A DNA stretch of 64,000 nt from Deltaproteobacteria bacterium (GCA_033763315.1 JANRKS010000020.1:1-64000), one strand, 5' to 3'; counted from the stretch's first letter, positions 48,236 to 58,150 are shown. A program made the numbers and translations. Notes: generated by a model from the sequence alone, not told the origin.

Positions 48236-49689
48236 ACGGCCTACCTGTGGCTGAACTCCTGCACGTGTGGATCACCGTAGGCGGCGCGCTGATGGTCATC
48301 GCGGCGGCAGCGTTGTGGCGATTCAGCGCACCTGCCTTGACCACTTTCGCGGCGCTCGTGGCGGCGTCATCGGCCGTGTCAGCCGTGAACACCTATGGCG
48401 TGCTCGCGCCACGGCAAACCGCAGGCGCCGGCGTCATCGTTGATGCCGCCAGCCTCGTGGCTTCCGTGGTATGTTGCTTGGTCACTGCCGCCGTCTTGGC
48501 AACGACGTTAGGCTCGAAGTCATTGGGCAAGGGCATCCTACGCCATTGGCCTGGGCTGGTGTTGTTGACCTCCGCGGCTTTGATGCTCACCGCGCATGCG
48601 GCCTCGCTGCCGGCCCTGCTCGTGGCCACGGAATCCGCCTCGCTTGGTTTCGTTGCCTTGCTGGGCGCGGGCCGGTCGCAACGGCGTGGCACCGAAGCGG
48701 CGATGAAAGCCGTCGTCGTATCTGCAGTGGCTTTCGGTTTTGCCGGCTTAGGGACTGCCTTGATGTACGGCGGCAGTGGCGCTTTGTTGCAGTACGATGC
48801 GCTTGCCGCCAGCTTTGCCGATCACGGTTCCAGCCCCGTGACAATGGTGGGCCTGTTCTTCGTGATCGCGGCTTTTTGCTTTCGCCTCGGGGCGGTTCCC
48901 TTTCACATGGTGGCCCCTGACCTGCTCGATGGCGCACCGCTGCCGGCGGCGATGTTTAGTGTCTCTGCCTTTCGCGTGTGTTTCGTGGTGGCCTTGCTTC
49001 GGCTCTTGCAACTCGGTTTCTTTGCCCCAGCCATCGCCGCCGACGTGACGGGCGTGCCGCTTTTCCTGATGTGGCTCGCGGCGTTGAGCTTGTTGATCGG
49101 TTCGATCGGTGCCGTTCGCCAAGAGCACGTTAAGAGAATGCTTGCCTACCTATCCATCGCGCAACTCGGCTTCGCGCTCATGGCGGTGGTGGCGCTAAGT
49201 CAAGACGCGCCCGCGGCAGCCACAGGCGTAGGCGCGTGTTTGCTCGCACAGGCTGTGGCCTTCTTGGTGGCGTTTGCGGCTCTAAGCGATCTGGGCGCCA
49301 CCAACGAAGGCCACCCATTCGTCGATGACTTGGCGGGGCTTTCGCAATCGCGACCCTTGCTGGCTTTCGCGTTGGCGTTGTCGTTCTTGTCTGCGGCGGG
49401 CATGCCCTTCACTGTGGGCTTTGGCGGCTTTTTCCCGGTGTTGCTTTCGACCTTTAATGTGCCGTTGCTGCTGCCACTGGCGGTGGTGGGGCTGCTGTCA
49501 TTCCTTATCGGACTTTACCCCGCTTTGCGAGTGATCGTGGCGATGTACTTTCGCGAGCCCACGCGCACATGGCCCGAAGCGCACACGGCCGGAGGCAGCG
49601 CCGTCTTGGTGGTGGGCACGATGACCTTGCTGATCTTCGGTGTGCTCACGTCACCGTGGCTTGGTTGGGCTCGGTTGCTGGTCCCCTGA
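48232..49689 (+). CDS. nuoN: Divergent NuoN homolog
   Basis: EAAMK, FRLGAVPFHMVAPDLLDGAP, VKRMLAYLSIAQLG, SAAGMPFTVGF, YPALRVIVAMYF. Confidence 0.85.
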   Translation: MNGLPVAELLHVWITVGGALMVIAAAALWRFSAPALTTFAALVAASSAVSAVNTYGVLAPRQTAGAGVIVDAASLVASVVCCLVTAAVLATTLGSKSLGKGILRHWPGLVLLTSAALMLTAHAASLPALLVATESASLGFVALLGAGRSQRRGTEAAMKAVVVSAVAFGFAGLGTALMYGGSGALLQYDALAASFADHGSSPVTMVGLFFVIAAFCFRLGAVPFHMVAPDLLDGAPLPAAMFSVSAFRVCFVVALLRLLQLGFFAPAIAADVTGVPLFLMWLAALSLLIGSIGAVRQEHVKRMLAYLSIAQLGFALMAVVALSQDAPAAATGVGACLLAQAVAFLVAFAALSDLGATNEGHPFVDDLAGLSQSRPLLAFALALSFLSAAGMPFTVGFGGFFPVLLSTFNVPLLLPLAVVGLLSFLIGLYPALRVIVAMYFREPTRTWPEAHTAGGSAVLVVGTMTLLIFGVLTSPWLGWARLLVP

Positions 49690-49727
49690 GCCGAAGATCG
49701 ATCAGGCTCAATGAGCGAATGCGTGCC

Positions 49728-49773
49728 AAAAGGAAAAGGCCGCCGCAAACATACGACGGCCTCTTCGCCTTTT
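49728..49773. terminator. Probable bidirectional terminator between the convergent nuoN-like and phoX-like genes
   Basis: AAAAGGAAAAGGCCGCCG-loop-CGACGGCCTCTTCGCCTTTT. Confidence 0.6.
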
Positions 49774-49782
49774 GCGTGGTGG

Positions 49783-51534
49783 TTACTTTGAAGAGGGATC
49801 GAAGATGGCGAAAAGTTGGCCACCCTCCACCAAGCCTGGATCTGCCGTGAAGGCATAATGAGCCTGGTCAACGGCTAAGAACCAGCCCTGGCCAAGGATC
49901 TCAGAAGCATCGATCATGCCCGAGGCCTCTTCATCGCGGGTGAGGAACATGGGCGCGCCTGGCGTGAACAGCAGGGGGTTGTGCGAAGCGATTTCCGTCA
50001 ACTTGTCGGTGGGGATGTCGTAGCGCCACGTCTTGCCAAGCGCGTCTTGTCCGCCGATGTCTTCTTGCAAGTAGACGTGCCCGAACTTATCGAGCGTGAT
50101 GTTGTCGAACATCTTTCCGCCTTCGGTGGCGCCATCGATCATCAAATCTAGCTTGGCACCCGCCGTTGGGTTTTTGACGTCGTTGAACCGCACGCGCCAC
50201 AGCCGTGTCGACGTTGTGTAGGATGAGGTTGTGACGAAGTAAAAGTCGTTGGGATTCTTGGGGTCCCATGCACCGTCCTCCGGACGCGCGAACTTGGAGA
50301 TGAGAAGCGCGTTGCTTTCGGTTTCGAGCTGGGCGCCTGTTTTATTGATGACAGAAGGCACTTCAACCAACTCGACGGGCGTGCCCGAGGGAATGCCAGC
50401 TGTTGGATCCTCAACCGGGAAACCCACAGCCTTCAGTCCGTAGAGCTTTCCGTTGGTCAAACCGGCCTTCTCGATGGCAGATCCCGTCGACGTTTTGTCG
50501 CCAACGTAGAAGTAGACTTGCCCGCCACCCGAATCGTCCAATCCCACCACAACGGTCTTGGCGCCGCTGGCAGGTGAAGCCACGGCGTTTTCCCACGAGA
50601 ACTTGCCAAGCGCAGGCAATTCATAGCTGTTGCCGTCCATCAGGTGCGCGAACCCCTTGCCCTCGTTGCCGGACTCTTCGCCATTCATGAAGATGCGGCC
50701 GTTGTAGCCAAGGCCGGAAGCGCCGTCGAAGAAGGCGGACAACTCAGGCAGATCCGCAGAGCAGAAGCGGCTGGCGGCGTACGTGCTTGGCACGTAAGCG
50801 TTCGTGGCTGTGTCCCAAAGGTAGACCTTCTTGATGAGATCCTCGCCTGAAAGAACCGTGAGGTCCGACTTGCGCACTGTCCACTTCGACACGAACGCAC
50901 CCTTGGCGCCGTGTGCGCGAACGGCACCCACGGTGTTTCCGATTTCGTGATTGATCAACCACGTGAACGTGCCGTCGCCATTGTCGAAGGCGCCGGTGCC
51001 ATCCACAAGGCCAGCAAGTTTGTAACCGCCCACCGCGTCGCCCACCGTCAACATTTCTTTGACGACCACGCCAGGCTCGGTTGGCACAACGTAAGGCAGC
51101 GGGCCGCTTTCGAAGTCCAAGCCAATCGAAAGGCGGCCGTTGCGGATGAGCTTCAAAAGCACCTTCACAATGTCGCTGCGGTCTACGCGCACGGGGACGG
51201 GCGCTTCGGTCAAGTAGGTGGGCACGCTGCTGGCGCTTACCGCCGCGCAGGCTCCCGCAAAAGCCTCTCCTGAGACTTGCACGATTCCGGCAGGAACGGC
51301 CGTGATGTTGAACGTGGCGTCAGCTCCGGGGCTGACGTCGAACGAACGTACGACCGTGCGCGCGCCCGCCACAGTGACGCGCACGCAAGTGGCGTCGCTG
51401 GGCACCTTCGTTAAAGCGACAGAGATTGTTCCGAGCTCTTCATCTTGAGCAACGGTGGTGGTGTTGCCACACGAAATGAGGCTGTTGCCGGCGAGGCCGG
51501 CGGCCAAAATCGAAGCGAGTGTTGTTTTTTTCAT
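49783..51534 (-). CDS. PhoX-like (DUF839) beta-propeller phosphatase, lipoprotein
   Basis: Metal-ligand motifs in PhoX order: INHE, RFCSA, NGEE, SWEN, GLDD, RPED, FDN, QED, EASG, QAH; lipoprotein signal ending LISC. Confidence 0.75.
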   Translation of the reverse strand: MKKTTLASILAAGLAGNSLISCGNTTTVAQDEELGTISVALTKVPSDATCVRVTVAGARTVVRSFDVSPGADATFNITAVPAGIVQVSGEAFAGACAAVSASSVPTYLTEAPVPVRVDRSDIVKVLLKLIRNGRLSIGLDFESGPLPYVVPTEPGVVVKEMLTVGDAVGGYKLAGLVDGTGAFDNGDGTFTWLINHEIGNTVGAVRAHGAKGAFVSKWTVRKSDLTVLSGEDLIKKVYLWDTATNAYVPSTYAASRFCSADLPELSAFFDGASGLGYNGRIFMNGEESGNEGKGFAHLMDGNSYELPALGKFSWENAVASPASGAKTVVVGLDDSGGGQVYFYVGDKTSTGSAIEKAGLTNGKLYGLKAVGFPVEDPTAGIPSGTPVELVEVPSVINKTGAQLETESNALLISKFARPEDGAWDPKNPNDFYFVTTSSYTTSTRLWRVRFNDVKNPTAGAKLDLMIDGATEGGKMFDNITLDKFGHVYLQEDIGGQDALGKTWRYDIPTDKLTEIASHNPLLFTPGAPMFLTRDEEASGMIDASEILGQGWFLAVDQAHYAFTADPGLVEGGQLFAIFDPSSK

Positions 51535-51694
51535 TGGGTCGAGATTCTCCTCACCCTGTGTTTACCGGCACCGGCGGTTGCCTGCGTCACAAGTGCTCGA
51601 CTATTGAATCCCTCGCCTGTGACAGCATTTGCCGCCACCGCAACACCTGTGCAACGGGGCGTGCGTGTCTACGTTTTCCGGTTAGTTTTCCGCC

Positions 51695-52789
51695 GTGAGA
51701 ATCATCTTCCTCATGGCCGGCCTAACGTTGGCGGCGGCTTGCGACGCGCGACCCACGGCAACGTTGTTGCCGGCGGATCCAGTGGATCGTCCAGATTCTG
51801 TCTTGCGCTTGGCTACACCCGCCGAACAAGCACGCTTTGACGAAGGCGACACTTTGTTCGAGGTCACGATGCGCGAAGCTGATGGCTTAGGCCCCAAGTT
51901 CTTGCAACGGGCCTGTGCGAGTTGCCACCGTGACGATGGCCGCGGCCCCGCCTTCGTAATCAAAACGTCGCCGTCAAAGCGCGTGTCGCGACGCTTGCCT
52001 CCCGCTGTTTATGGGCGTGGCTATCTTGAAGCCATCGCTGATGAAGAGATTGAGACGCTGGCAATGCAGGCGAAGGGAAGGCGCAATGGCATCGGTGGGC
52101 GCATTCACCGCGTTCGCTACGGCGCGGAACTGAACACCGACAAACGATATCACTCGTACGCACCAGGCACCGGATCGCCAGCGCTGATCGGCCGGTTTGG
52201 CGTCAAGGCGCGCATTGCCACGCTTGACGAGTTTGCGGCGGATGCTCTGCAGAACGACATGGGGCTGACCAGTCCTTTGCGTCCACACGAGCCGCTTGGC
52301 GCCGGCGACGACGGGAAGCCCGGCGTGGACCTCAGCATAGATCGCGTCAATGCGCTGGCTGAGTACACCAGGTTGCTTGAGATACCTCCGCGCGCCGTAC
52401 CCAACCCACGTGGAACCGCTCTGTTCGATTCATGTCACTGCAGCACGTGCCATGTGCCTCGGCTCAAGACCCGCGTTGATTACCCCATCAAGGCTTTGGC
52501 CGGCATTGAGGCCCCTGTGTTTACGGATCTGCTGTTGCACGACATGGGCGAGGCAATGTCGGATGGCATCACTGAAGGTGAGGCGGGGCCGCGTGAGTTT
52601 AGAACCACGCCGCTTATGGGACTGCGCTTTTATCCGGCCTTTCTCCACGATGGCCGCGCGGCATCGGTAACCGAAGCGATACGGGCCCATGGCGCCGTTG
52701 GCTCGGAAGCCACAATATCGGCGACTTCCTTTGAGGCGCTGCCGCCTGATGATCAACAACAACTGGTGCGGTATGTGGAATCCCTTTAG
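51695..52789 (+). CDS. Di-heme oxidoreductase (DHOR family) lipoprotein
   Basis: DGLGP, CASCH, GRFGVKA, CSTCH, FTDLLLHDMG, EFRTTPLMG, FLHDGRA; lipobox AAAC. Confidence 0.9.
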   Translation: MRIIFLMAGLTLAAACDARPTATLLPADPVDRPDSVLRLATPAEQARFDEGDTLFEVTMREADGLGPKFLQRACASCHRDDGRGPAFVIKTSPSKRVSRRLPPAVYGRGYLEAIADEEIETLAMQAKGRRNGIGGRIHRVRYGAELNTDKRYHSYAPGTGSPALIGRFGVKARIATLDEFAADALQNDMGLTSPLRPHEPLGAGDDGKPGVDLSIDRVNALAEYTRLLEIPPRAVPNPRGTALFDSCHCSTCHVPRLKTRVDYPIKALAGIEAPVFTDLLLHDMGEAMSDGITEGEAGPREFRTTPLMGLRFYPAFLHDGRAASVTEAIRAHGAVGSEATISATSFEALPPDDQQQLVRYVESL

Positions 52790-53807
52790 CCGCACGTTGT
52801 GTTGTTTCGCCTGCTTTGCTGCGCTGGCCGGCTGCAAACGTCAGGAGGACAAACACTCGGCGTTTCACGCACAGGCCACCACGCGGCTCAAGCAGCATCT
52901 TGCGGCAACCGTGAATGACTGGGTGGCGGCCAGCGTTGCCTTGCACGACGCTGCGCCCGTTGGCAACGAACACGGATGGGCGGGGGAGGGGGACGCGCTT
53001 GCACGTATGAAGAAGGCCTGGACCGAGGCGCGACGCGCCTATGAGCTTGTTGAAGGCGCCCTGGCGCCGCTGTTCCCGGAATCTGATGTGGCTACGGACA
53101 GCCGCTACGAGGATTTCCTGGTTCGCAGCGGGGGTGCGATCGATTCCAACATGTTTGATGACGTGGGCGTGGTGGGCATGCATGCCATCGAACGCATTCT
53201 TTGGGCCGATGCCATCGCGCCCTCGGTGCTTGCGTATGAACAAACGTTGCCAGGCTTCGTAAAAGCCGCGCAGCCGGCCACGATGCAAGAAGCCGCTGAC
53301 TTTAAAGCGAAACTGGTGGCCAAACTCGTCGCCGATACGCAGGCGCTGCGTACACAACTGCAGCCATTGCAGCCTGACATCGCGTTTGTGTACCGAGGCC
53401 TGCTTGATCTGGTCCGGGAACAAGTTGAAAAGGTGGATAAGATGGCCAGCGGCGAGGAAGAGTCGCGGTACGCGCAGACGACGATGGCCGATCTGTCTGC
53501 AAACCTCGAGGGGACGTGGGCTGCGTACAACATTCTCGCGCCATGGCTGCGCGACGAAGATCCCGCCAGCCACGCGCAGATCACGGAGGCGTTCGCAGCC
53601 CTGCAAAGCACGTACGCTGAGTATAAGACGATGCCGATGCCACCGCCGGGCTGGAGCAGCCTTGATCCCTCAGCGGCCGCGCTGGCCACGCCGTTTGGCA
53701 AATTATTCTCCACAACGAGACAAGCGGCGGATCCCAAGGCCCCAGGCTCGCTGGTGGCGCTGTTGCGCGCAGCCGCGCCGAAGCTGGGGCTGCCCGAGAT
53801 GCCATGA
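52773..53807 (+). CDS. Imelysin / EfeO-like (peptidase M75) iron-binding lipoprotein
   Basis: Start ATG 52773, lipobox LAGC, ARRAYELVE, GMHAIERILW (HxxE), GEEESRYAQTT, DLSANLEG. Confidence 0.85.
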   Translation: MWNPFSRTLCCFACFAALAGCKRQEDKHSAFHAQATTRLKQHLAATVNDWVAASVALHDAAPVGNEHGWAGEGDALARMKKAWTEARRAYELVEGALAPLFPESDVATDSRYEDFLVRSGGAIDSNMFDDVGVVGMHAIERILWADAIAPSVLAYEQTLPGFVKAAQPATMQEAADFKAKLVAKLVADTQALRTQLQPLQPDIAFVYRGLLDLVREQVEKVDKMASGEEESRYAQTTMADLSANLEGTWAAYNILAPWLRDEDPASHAQITEAFAALQSTYAEYKTMPMPPPGWSSLDPSAAALATPFGKLFSTTRQAADPKAPGSLVALLRAAAPKLGLPEMP

Positions 53808-54355
53808 GGCGTTCACTTTTATGGGCCCTGTGTGGCGTGCCCTTGCTGTTTGGCTGCAAAGAGGCGCCTGCCCCACGTCAGCTGCCGGCACTCGCGCCAG
53901 GGCAATCGTTCATCGCGTTTGAACGGGACTTCGCAGGCTTTCGCGATTGGGCACGCGTGCCTGTGCCTAAGGAAGCCCGTGCCGCCGGAATCACTCACAC
54001 CGCGGGACGGCGCAACGAATGGATCAACGTTAAGCCGCCCAAGCACGCAAGCGTCTTTCCCGTCGGGACAATCCTCATCAAGGAAATCGAAGCGGGCATG
54101 CCCGAAAATCACAAAATCTTCGCTATGGTTAAGCGGGGCGGCGGCTACAACCCTGAGGGAGCCAAAGGCTGGGAGTGGTTTGAGCTGTTTGAGCGTTCCA
54201 CGGGCGAACTTGGCATCCAATGGCGAGGCATCAATGCGCCGGTGGGTGAATCCTATGGTAGCGGTGATCCCTTTGGCGGCTGCAACGGGTGCCACGAGAC
54301 CGCCCAATCAAACGATTACGTGAAGGCAGAGGCGGCAAGTCTGCAGCGCCTTTGA
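53804..54355 (+). CDS. Cytochrome P460/c'-beta-like monoheme lipoprotein
   Basis: FPVGTILIKE, IFAMVKRG, GWEWF, C-terminal CNGCH...NDYV; lipobox LFGC. Confidence 0.7.
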   Translation: MRRSLLWALCGVPLLFGCKEAPAPRQLPALAPGQSFIAFERDFAGFRDWARVPVPKEARAAGITHTAGRRNEWINVKPPKHASVFPVGTILIKEIEAGMPENHKIFAMVKRGGGYNPEGAKGWEWFELFERSTGELGIQWRGINAPVGESYGSGDPFGGCNGCHETAQSNDYVKAEAASLQRL

Positions 54356-54425
54356 TGCGGCTGCTGTCGCCTGGTCGTTTAGGCGCGTTTGCGTCTTAGA
54401 GTACGTCGCTGCAATGATCAAGTGC

Positions 54426-54887
54426 CTAACGCCCCGACGGGCTCAGGTGATCCAACGGCGTGCCATCTGCTTGCGCACGCCTTTGTTGCAGCCACTTCGC
54501 CGCCGATTGCGCCGCCGACGCCAGACCCATCGGTGCGTTTTGCTGCGACCATGCCGACAACGTCGTCTCCGACAAGGCTCGCACGCGCGCGTCAGCATCG
54601 AACAAAGCGAGGTGTCGCAGCAGGTGCACCGTGTCGGGGTGTTTGATCCGCGACATCACCTCAACCAACCGAAGGCGGCCATCTGGCTTTGCAGAATGCA
54701 ACGCCGTTTCGATTTGAGGCAGCGCGCGCAAACCATGGTTCACCAGCGCGGCGGCCGCCGGCGGCACGAACGCATCGTCACGGTTCACCACCACGTGGAT
54801 GTTGCCGTGAATGTCTTTGTGAACGTCGCCTTCACAGGCAGCCACCGTCAAGACAGCCAGCAAGCTTATGCGGGCTAAGCCAAACAA
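54426..54887 (-). CDS. Small HEAT-repeat-like helical lipoprotein
   Basis: Lipobox VAAC; ALPQIETALH, RLRLVEVMSRI, DADARVR. Confidence 0.6.
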   Translation of the reverse strand: MFGLARISLLAVLTVAACEGDVHKDIHGNIHVVVNRDDAFVPPAAAALVNHGLRALPQIETALHSAKPDGRLRLVEVMSRIKHPDTVHLLRHLALFDADARVRALSETTLSAWSQQNAPMGLASAAQSAAKWLQQRRAQADGTPLDHLSPSGR

Positions 54888-55963
54888 AGTTCTTCCGCCT
54901 CGACGCGCTCGCCGTTGCGGCGGCTGTGGCGCGCCATTGATTTTTTCAAAGGGTCAGCGGGCTCCACATAGATATCGTCGCCCAACCCGCGCAGCTTCTC
55001 GAAGAAGCTTTCACCAAGGTCAATCAATGCGGCGGGCGACGTGTGTGCGAAAGCCGCCTGGCGCAAATGAGCGCCACCATGCAGCCCCTTTGAGTACCAC
55101 GCCAAAGTTTTGCGCAGCTCGTGCAGCACCATGCGAGGAGGGCTGTGCTCTTGCACCAAGGCCGCGTGGCGCGACCACACGGTTTGTCGCTCTTGCAGTG
55201 TGGGCTCGCCTGGATCTTCTTCGCCTTGCTCCAGCGCCAACAGCGAGCGGAAGATCCAAGGGTTGCCGCGCGAGCCGCGTCCGATCATCACGCCATCACA
55301 GTTGGTGACGGACTTCATACGCTGGTAATCGGCCACCGTTTTCACATCGCCGTTGCCCAACAGCGGGATCTCTTTCGGCAGCCGGTGACGCACTTGCGCG
55401 ATGGGCTCAAGCTGCGCGTCGCCCGCAAACCCTTGCGCACGCGTTCGGCCATGCACGGTGATCATCGCTGCACCCGCGTCCACCATTTGCAATGCAAACT
55501 CAGGCGCGTTGATGCTGCACTCATCCCACCCCAAACGGTGTTTCACCGTCACGGGAATGTGGCTCGATAAGGCCGCGCGCACGGATCTGACCAGCGTTGC
55601 CGCCAAATCAGGTTCACGCATCAGCGCTGAGCCACACAGGCCTGAAACGACCTTCTTGGCCGGACACCCCATGTTGATGTCCACGATGGACGCGCCCGCT
55701 TGCTCTGCCATACGCGCCGCCGCCGCCAAACTTTGCGGATCGCGCCCAAAAATCTGCACCACGAAGGCGCGGTTTTCGTAGCTTGGCCACATGCGGCTGA
55801 CGGCTTTTTCGGCACCGCGAGTCAAAGCTTCCGCTGAGAGGAACTCAGTGAACGTGATCGAAGCGCCTTGCTCTTCGCACACCGTGCGGAACGAAAGATC
55901 GGTCACCGCCTCCATAGGAGCCAAGACAAGGCCTGGTCCCAGATCAACATTGCCGACGCGCAT
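54875..55963 (-). CDS. dusB: tRNA-dihydrouridine synthase B
   Basis: LAPME, DINMGCPAKKV, GSALMREP, VTVKHRLGWD, VHGRT, GNGDV, GVMIGRG. Confidence 0.92.
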   Translation of the reverse strand: MRVGNVDLGPGLVLAPMEAVTDLSFRTVCEEQGASITFTEFLSAEALTRGAEKAVSRMWPSYENRAFVVQIFGRDPQSLAAAARMAEQAGASIVDINMGCPAKKVVSGLCGSALMREPDLAATLVRSVRAALSSHIPVTVKHRLGWDECSINAPEFALQMVDAGAAMITVHGRTRAQGFAGDAQLEPIAQVRHRLPKEIPLLGNGDVKTVADYQRMKSVTNCDGVMIGRGSRGNPWIFRSLLALEQGEEDPGEPTLQERQTVWSRHAALVQEHSPPRMVLHELRKTLAWYSKGLHGGAHLRQAAFAHTSPAALIDLGESFFEKLRGLGDDIYVEPADPLKKSMARHSRRNGERVEAEELCLA

Positions 55964-56017
55964 AAGGCGCCCAGTATACGGGACGCCCCCAAGCGGCGCC
56001 GCCGCAAAACCTGGGCC

Positions 56018-57355
56018 TCAAAACACTGTGATGGTCGCGGTCCCCGTGACGCCGTCAAAAACGCCACTAATGGTGGCTTTGCCCGCCGACACCGCCGTGG
56101 CTTGGCCGCGCGACATCACGGCCACCACCGCGGTATCCAGGCTGGAAAACCGCGTTTGGTCGGTGACGATGCGGCTGGTGCCATCGGAGAAGAACGCCGT
56201 GGCTGTGTATTGCAAGCGTGTGCCGCGCGGCACCTCGGTCTCCACGGGCGTCAGTCGCAGTAGCGCAACGGTCAGGTCGCGGCAGGTGAGCGTGCCAGAC
56301 GTTGAAAAGCCGTCGAAGGACGCAACAACCATCGTTTCGCCGATGCCTCGGCATGTGGCTTGCCCCCGCTCAACCGTGGCCACAAGTGGGTTGGTCGCGA
56401 GCCAAACCCCCGCATTTGTGACGTTGCGCTGGGTGCCGTCGTTAAACAGCGCGGTGGCCCTAAACGACACCGTTTCACCCACGCGACGTGCGGCATCTGG
56501 CGGTTCGAGAACAAGTGACAAGCGCGCGTCTTGCGTGACGTTGATGACCGCCGCGGCCTCTTGGCCCGACATCTTGGCCAGGATTTTGGCGGTGCCCACC
56601 GCCTGTCCCAACGCCAGTCCAGGAACGTCCAGGTGGTTGACGGCGGCCACCTCGGGAGCGGTGCTGGTCCACGTGACGTCCGCCGTAACGTCGCGCTGTT
56701 GCCCCGACGCGAAGATCCCTAAGGCGAAGAACTGCACCACACCGGCTGTGTTGATCGTGGTTTCAGTGGGGCGCAGAGACAATGCCGTGAGTGTGTCGGC
56801 CGTGACGCGCACTGTGGCCGTCGCCTTTTGGCCCATGAACTCGGCCACCACCCGCGCCTCCCCCACGAGGACGCCCGTGATGCGGCCAGGGCGGTTCGGC
56901 ACGGTGGCCGCGATCATCGACTCAACGAACCACGTCGCCATGTTGGTCACGTCGCGGCTAGGGGCATCCGGAAAAGCCAGCGAAACCCTCAATTGAACGC
57001 TTTGCCCCACTGTGACAGAGGACGAAGCCGGGTCGATAACGAGCTTGCCTGCCACGCTCCCTCCCGCGCCGCCCAACCCACCCCGGCCACCCACCACAAC
57101 GCCGCCCCCTGCGCCGCCGCGGGCGCCGGACCCGCCGGTGCCACCGCGGGCGCCAAACCCGCCGGTGCCAGGCGCGCCGCCACCGGCAAAGAATCCGCCT
57201 TCGCCCCCCTCGTCCAACCCTCCCGGGCCCCCCACGTCGCCCTCTGGGCCTAAAGACGTGCGTCCGCAGGCCGTGGCGATGAACGCCAACAAAATCAAGG
57301 TGGCGGGTGCGGCCCCCGAACCACTTAACCACCGGCAACGCGTAATCTCGTGCAT
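56018..57355 (-). CDS. Surface lipoprotein with Gly-rich linker and four bacterial Ig-like (Big_2) domains
   Basis: Lipobox ATAC; four repeats of Q/S.(F/Y).A...F.DG..R.VT...(W/F)....VA.V. Confidence 0.85.
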   Translation of the reverse strand: MHEITRCRWLSGSGAAPATLILLAFIATACGRTSLGPEGDVGGPGGLDEGGEGGFFAGGGAPGTGGFGARGGTGGSGARGGAGGGVVVGGRGGLGGAGGSVAGKLVIDPASSSVTVGQSVQLRVSLAFPDAPSRDVTNMATWFVESMIAATVPNRPGRITGVLVGEARVVAEFMGQKATATVRVTADTLTALSLRPTETTINTAGVVQFFALGIFASGQQRDVTADVTWTSTAPEVAAVNHLDVPGLALGQAVGTAKILAKMSGQEAAAVINVTQDARLSLVLEPPDAARRVGETVSFRATALFNDGTQRNVTNAGVWLATNPLVATVERGQATCRGIGETMVVASFDGFSTSGTLTCRDLTVALLRLTPVETEVPRGTRLQYTATAFFSDGTSRIVTDQTRFSSLDTAVVAVMSRGQATAVSAGKATISGVFDGVTGTATITVF

Positions 57356-57419
57356 AAGAAACTCCCGCGGTGGAACAGCCGCGTGTGGCTCATGATGTCG
57401 CAGGCGCGGCGCAAGAGCA

Positions 57420-58142
57420 ATGAATCCGTCGGCCTTGCTGCCTTGCCCCTGCTACGCTCGGCTAACGATGCCCAGCCCGGCCGAACGCTTTCGGATGCGC
57501 GCCAAAGCCCGCAAAAGCTCGTTGCCCGGCAGCGACGGTCCGTTCGCTTCGTTCCTCGAACGGCACAAAGAGCGCGAGCAGCGGGAGCGTCGCAAACGCC
57601 GCATCTTCTTGGCCTCCTTGGCGGTGCACGTTGTGGTGTTTAGCGTAGTGTTTCTGCTATCGGCGTGGAAGGTCGACGAACTTTTTGGCCGCCGCGTCGA
57701 GGTGAGTGTGGTGCCTGCGAGCCAAGGCGAGGGCCAAGGAGCGGATGGCAAACCAAAGCACACCAATCCCACCAACATCAGCCGCGCCCTGGGCCTGCGG
57801 CTGGTGGTGACGCCGGGGGGCTCGCGCACGGAGCCGCGCGGCGACACGTCGCCCGTCTCTCCCGAAGTGCTGCAACAACTGCAACCTTTGGTGCTGAACA
57901 AGTTGCTGCCTGCGCTCACATATCCAGCGCTTGCCAAAGATCAGCAATTGCGCGGAGCCGTAACCGTGCTTGTCGACGTGGACGACGCAGGCAAAGCCAC
58001 CGCGCTTGACGTAAAGCTGCCTTGCTCGAACACCTTGCTGTGCCAAGCCACCAAAGACGCTGTCGCGCAACTTAAGGGATGGCCCAGCGCCAGCTTGGGT
58101 GTTCGCTCGTTTGCTGTGCCCGTCGACTACCGCTTCGAATAG
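57420..58142 (+). CDS. TonB-family protein (single TM with His, C-terminal TonB_C domain); start may be 57468
   Basis: SLAVHVVV TM motif, YPALAKDQQLRGAVTVLVDVD, VPVDYRF. Confidence 0.7.
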   Translation: MNPSALLPCPCYARLTMPSPAERFRMRAKARKSSLPGSDGPFASFLERHKEREQRERRKRRIFLASLAVHVVVFSVVFLLSAWKVDELFGRRVEVSVVPASQGEGQGADGKPKHTNPTNISRALGLRLVVTPGGSRTEPRGDTSPVSPEVLQQLQPLVLNKLLPALTYPALAKDQQLRGAVTVLVDVDDAGKATALDVKLPCSNTLLCQATKDAVAQLKGWPSASLGVRSFAVPVDYRFE

Positions 58143-58150
58143 CGTTTGCG

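Noticed and set aside
44539-49689. Calling the nuo-like genes pseudogenes, an Mrp antiporter or a hydrogenase-4 arm
   Set aside because: No stops or frameshifts and coupling is preserved; order and motifs match nuoJKLMN, with no mrpEFG or hydrogenase subunits
51640-51655. GCAAC-N6-GCAAC 11-bp direct repeat as a Pho box between phoX-like and DHOR genes
   Set aside because: Only two short units with a poor match to CTGTCAT-type boxes
55791-56996. Long antisense ORFs (also 41271-42038, 52614-53606, 58427-59404)
   Set aside because: Stop-poor antisense frames typical of high-GC genes; no recognisable motifs and they lie opposite well-supported genes
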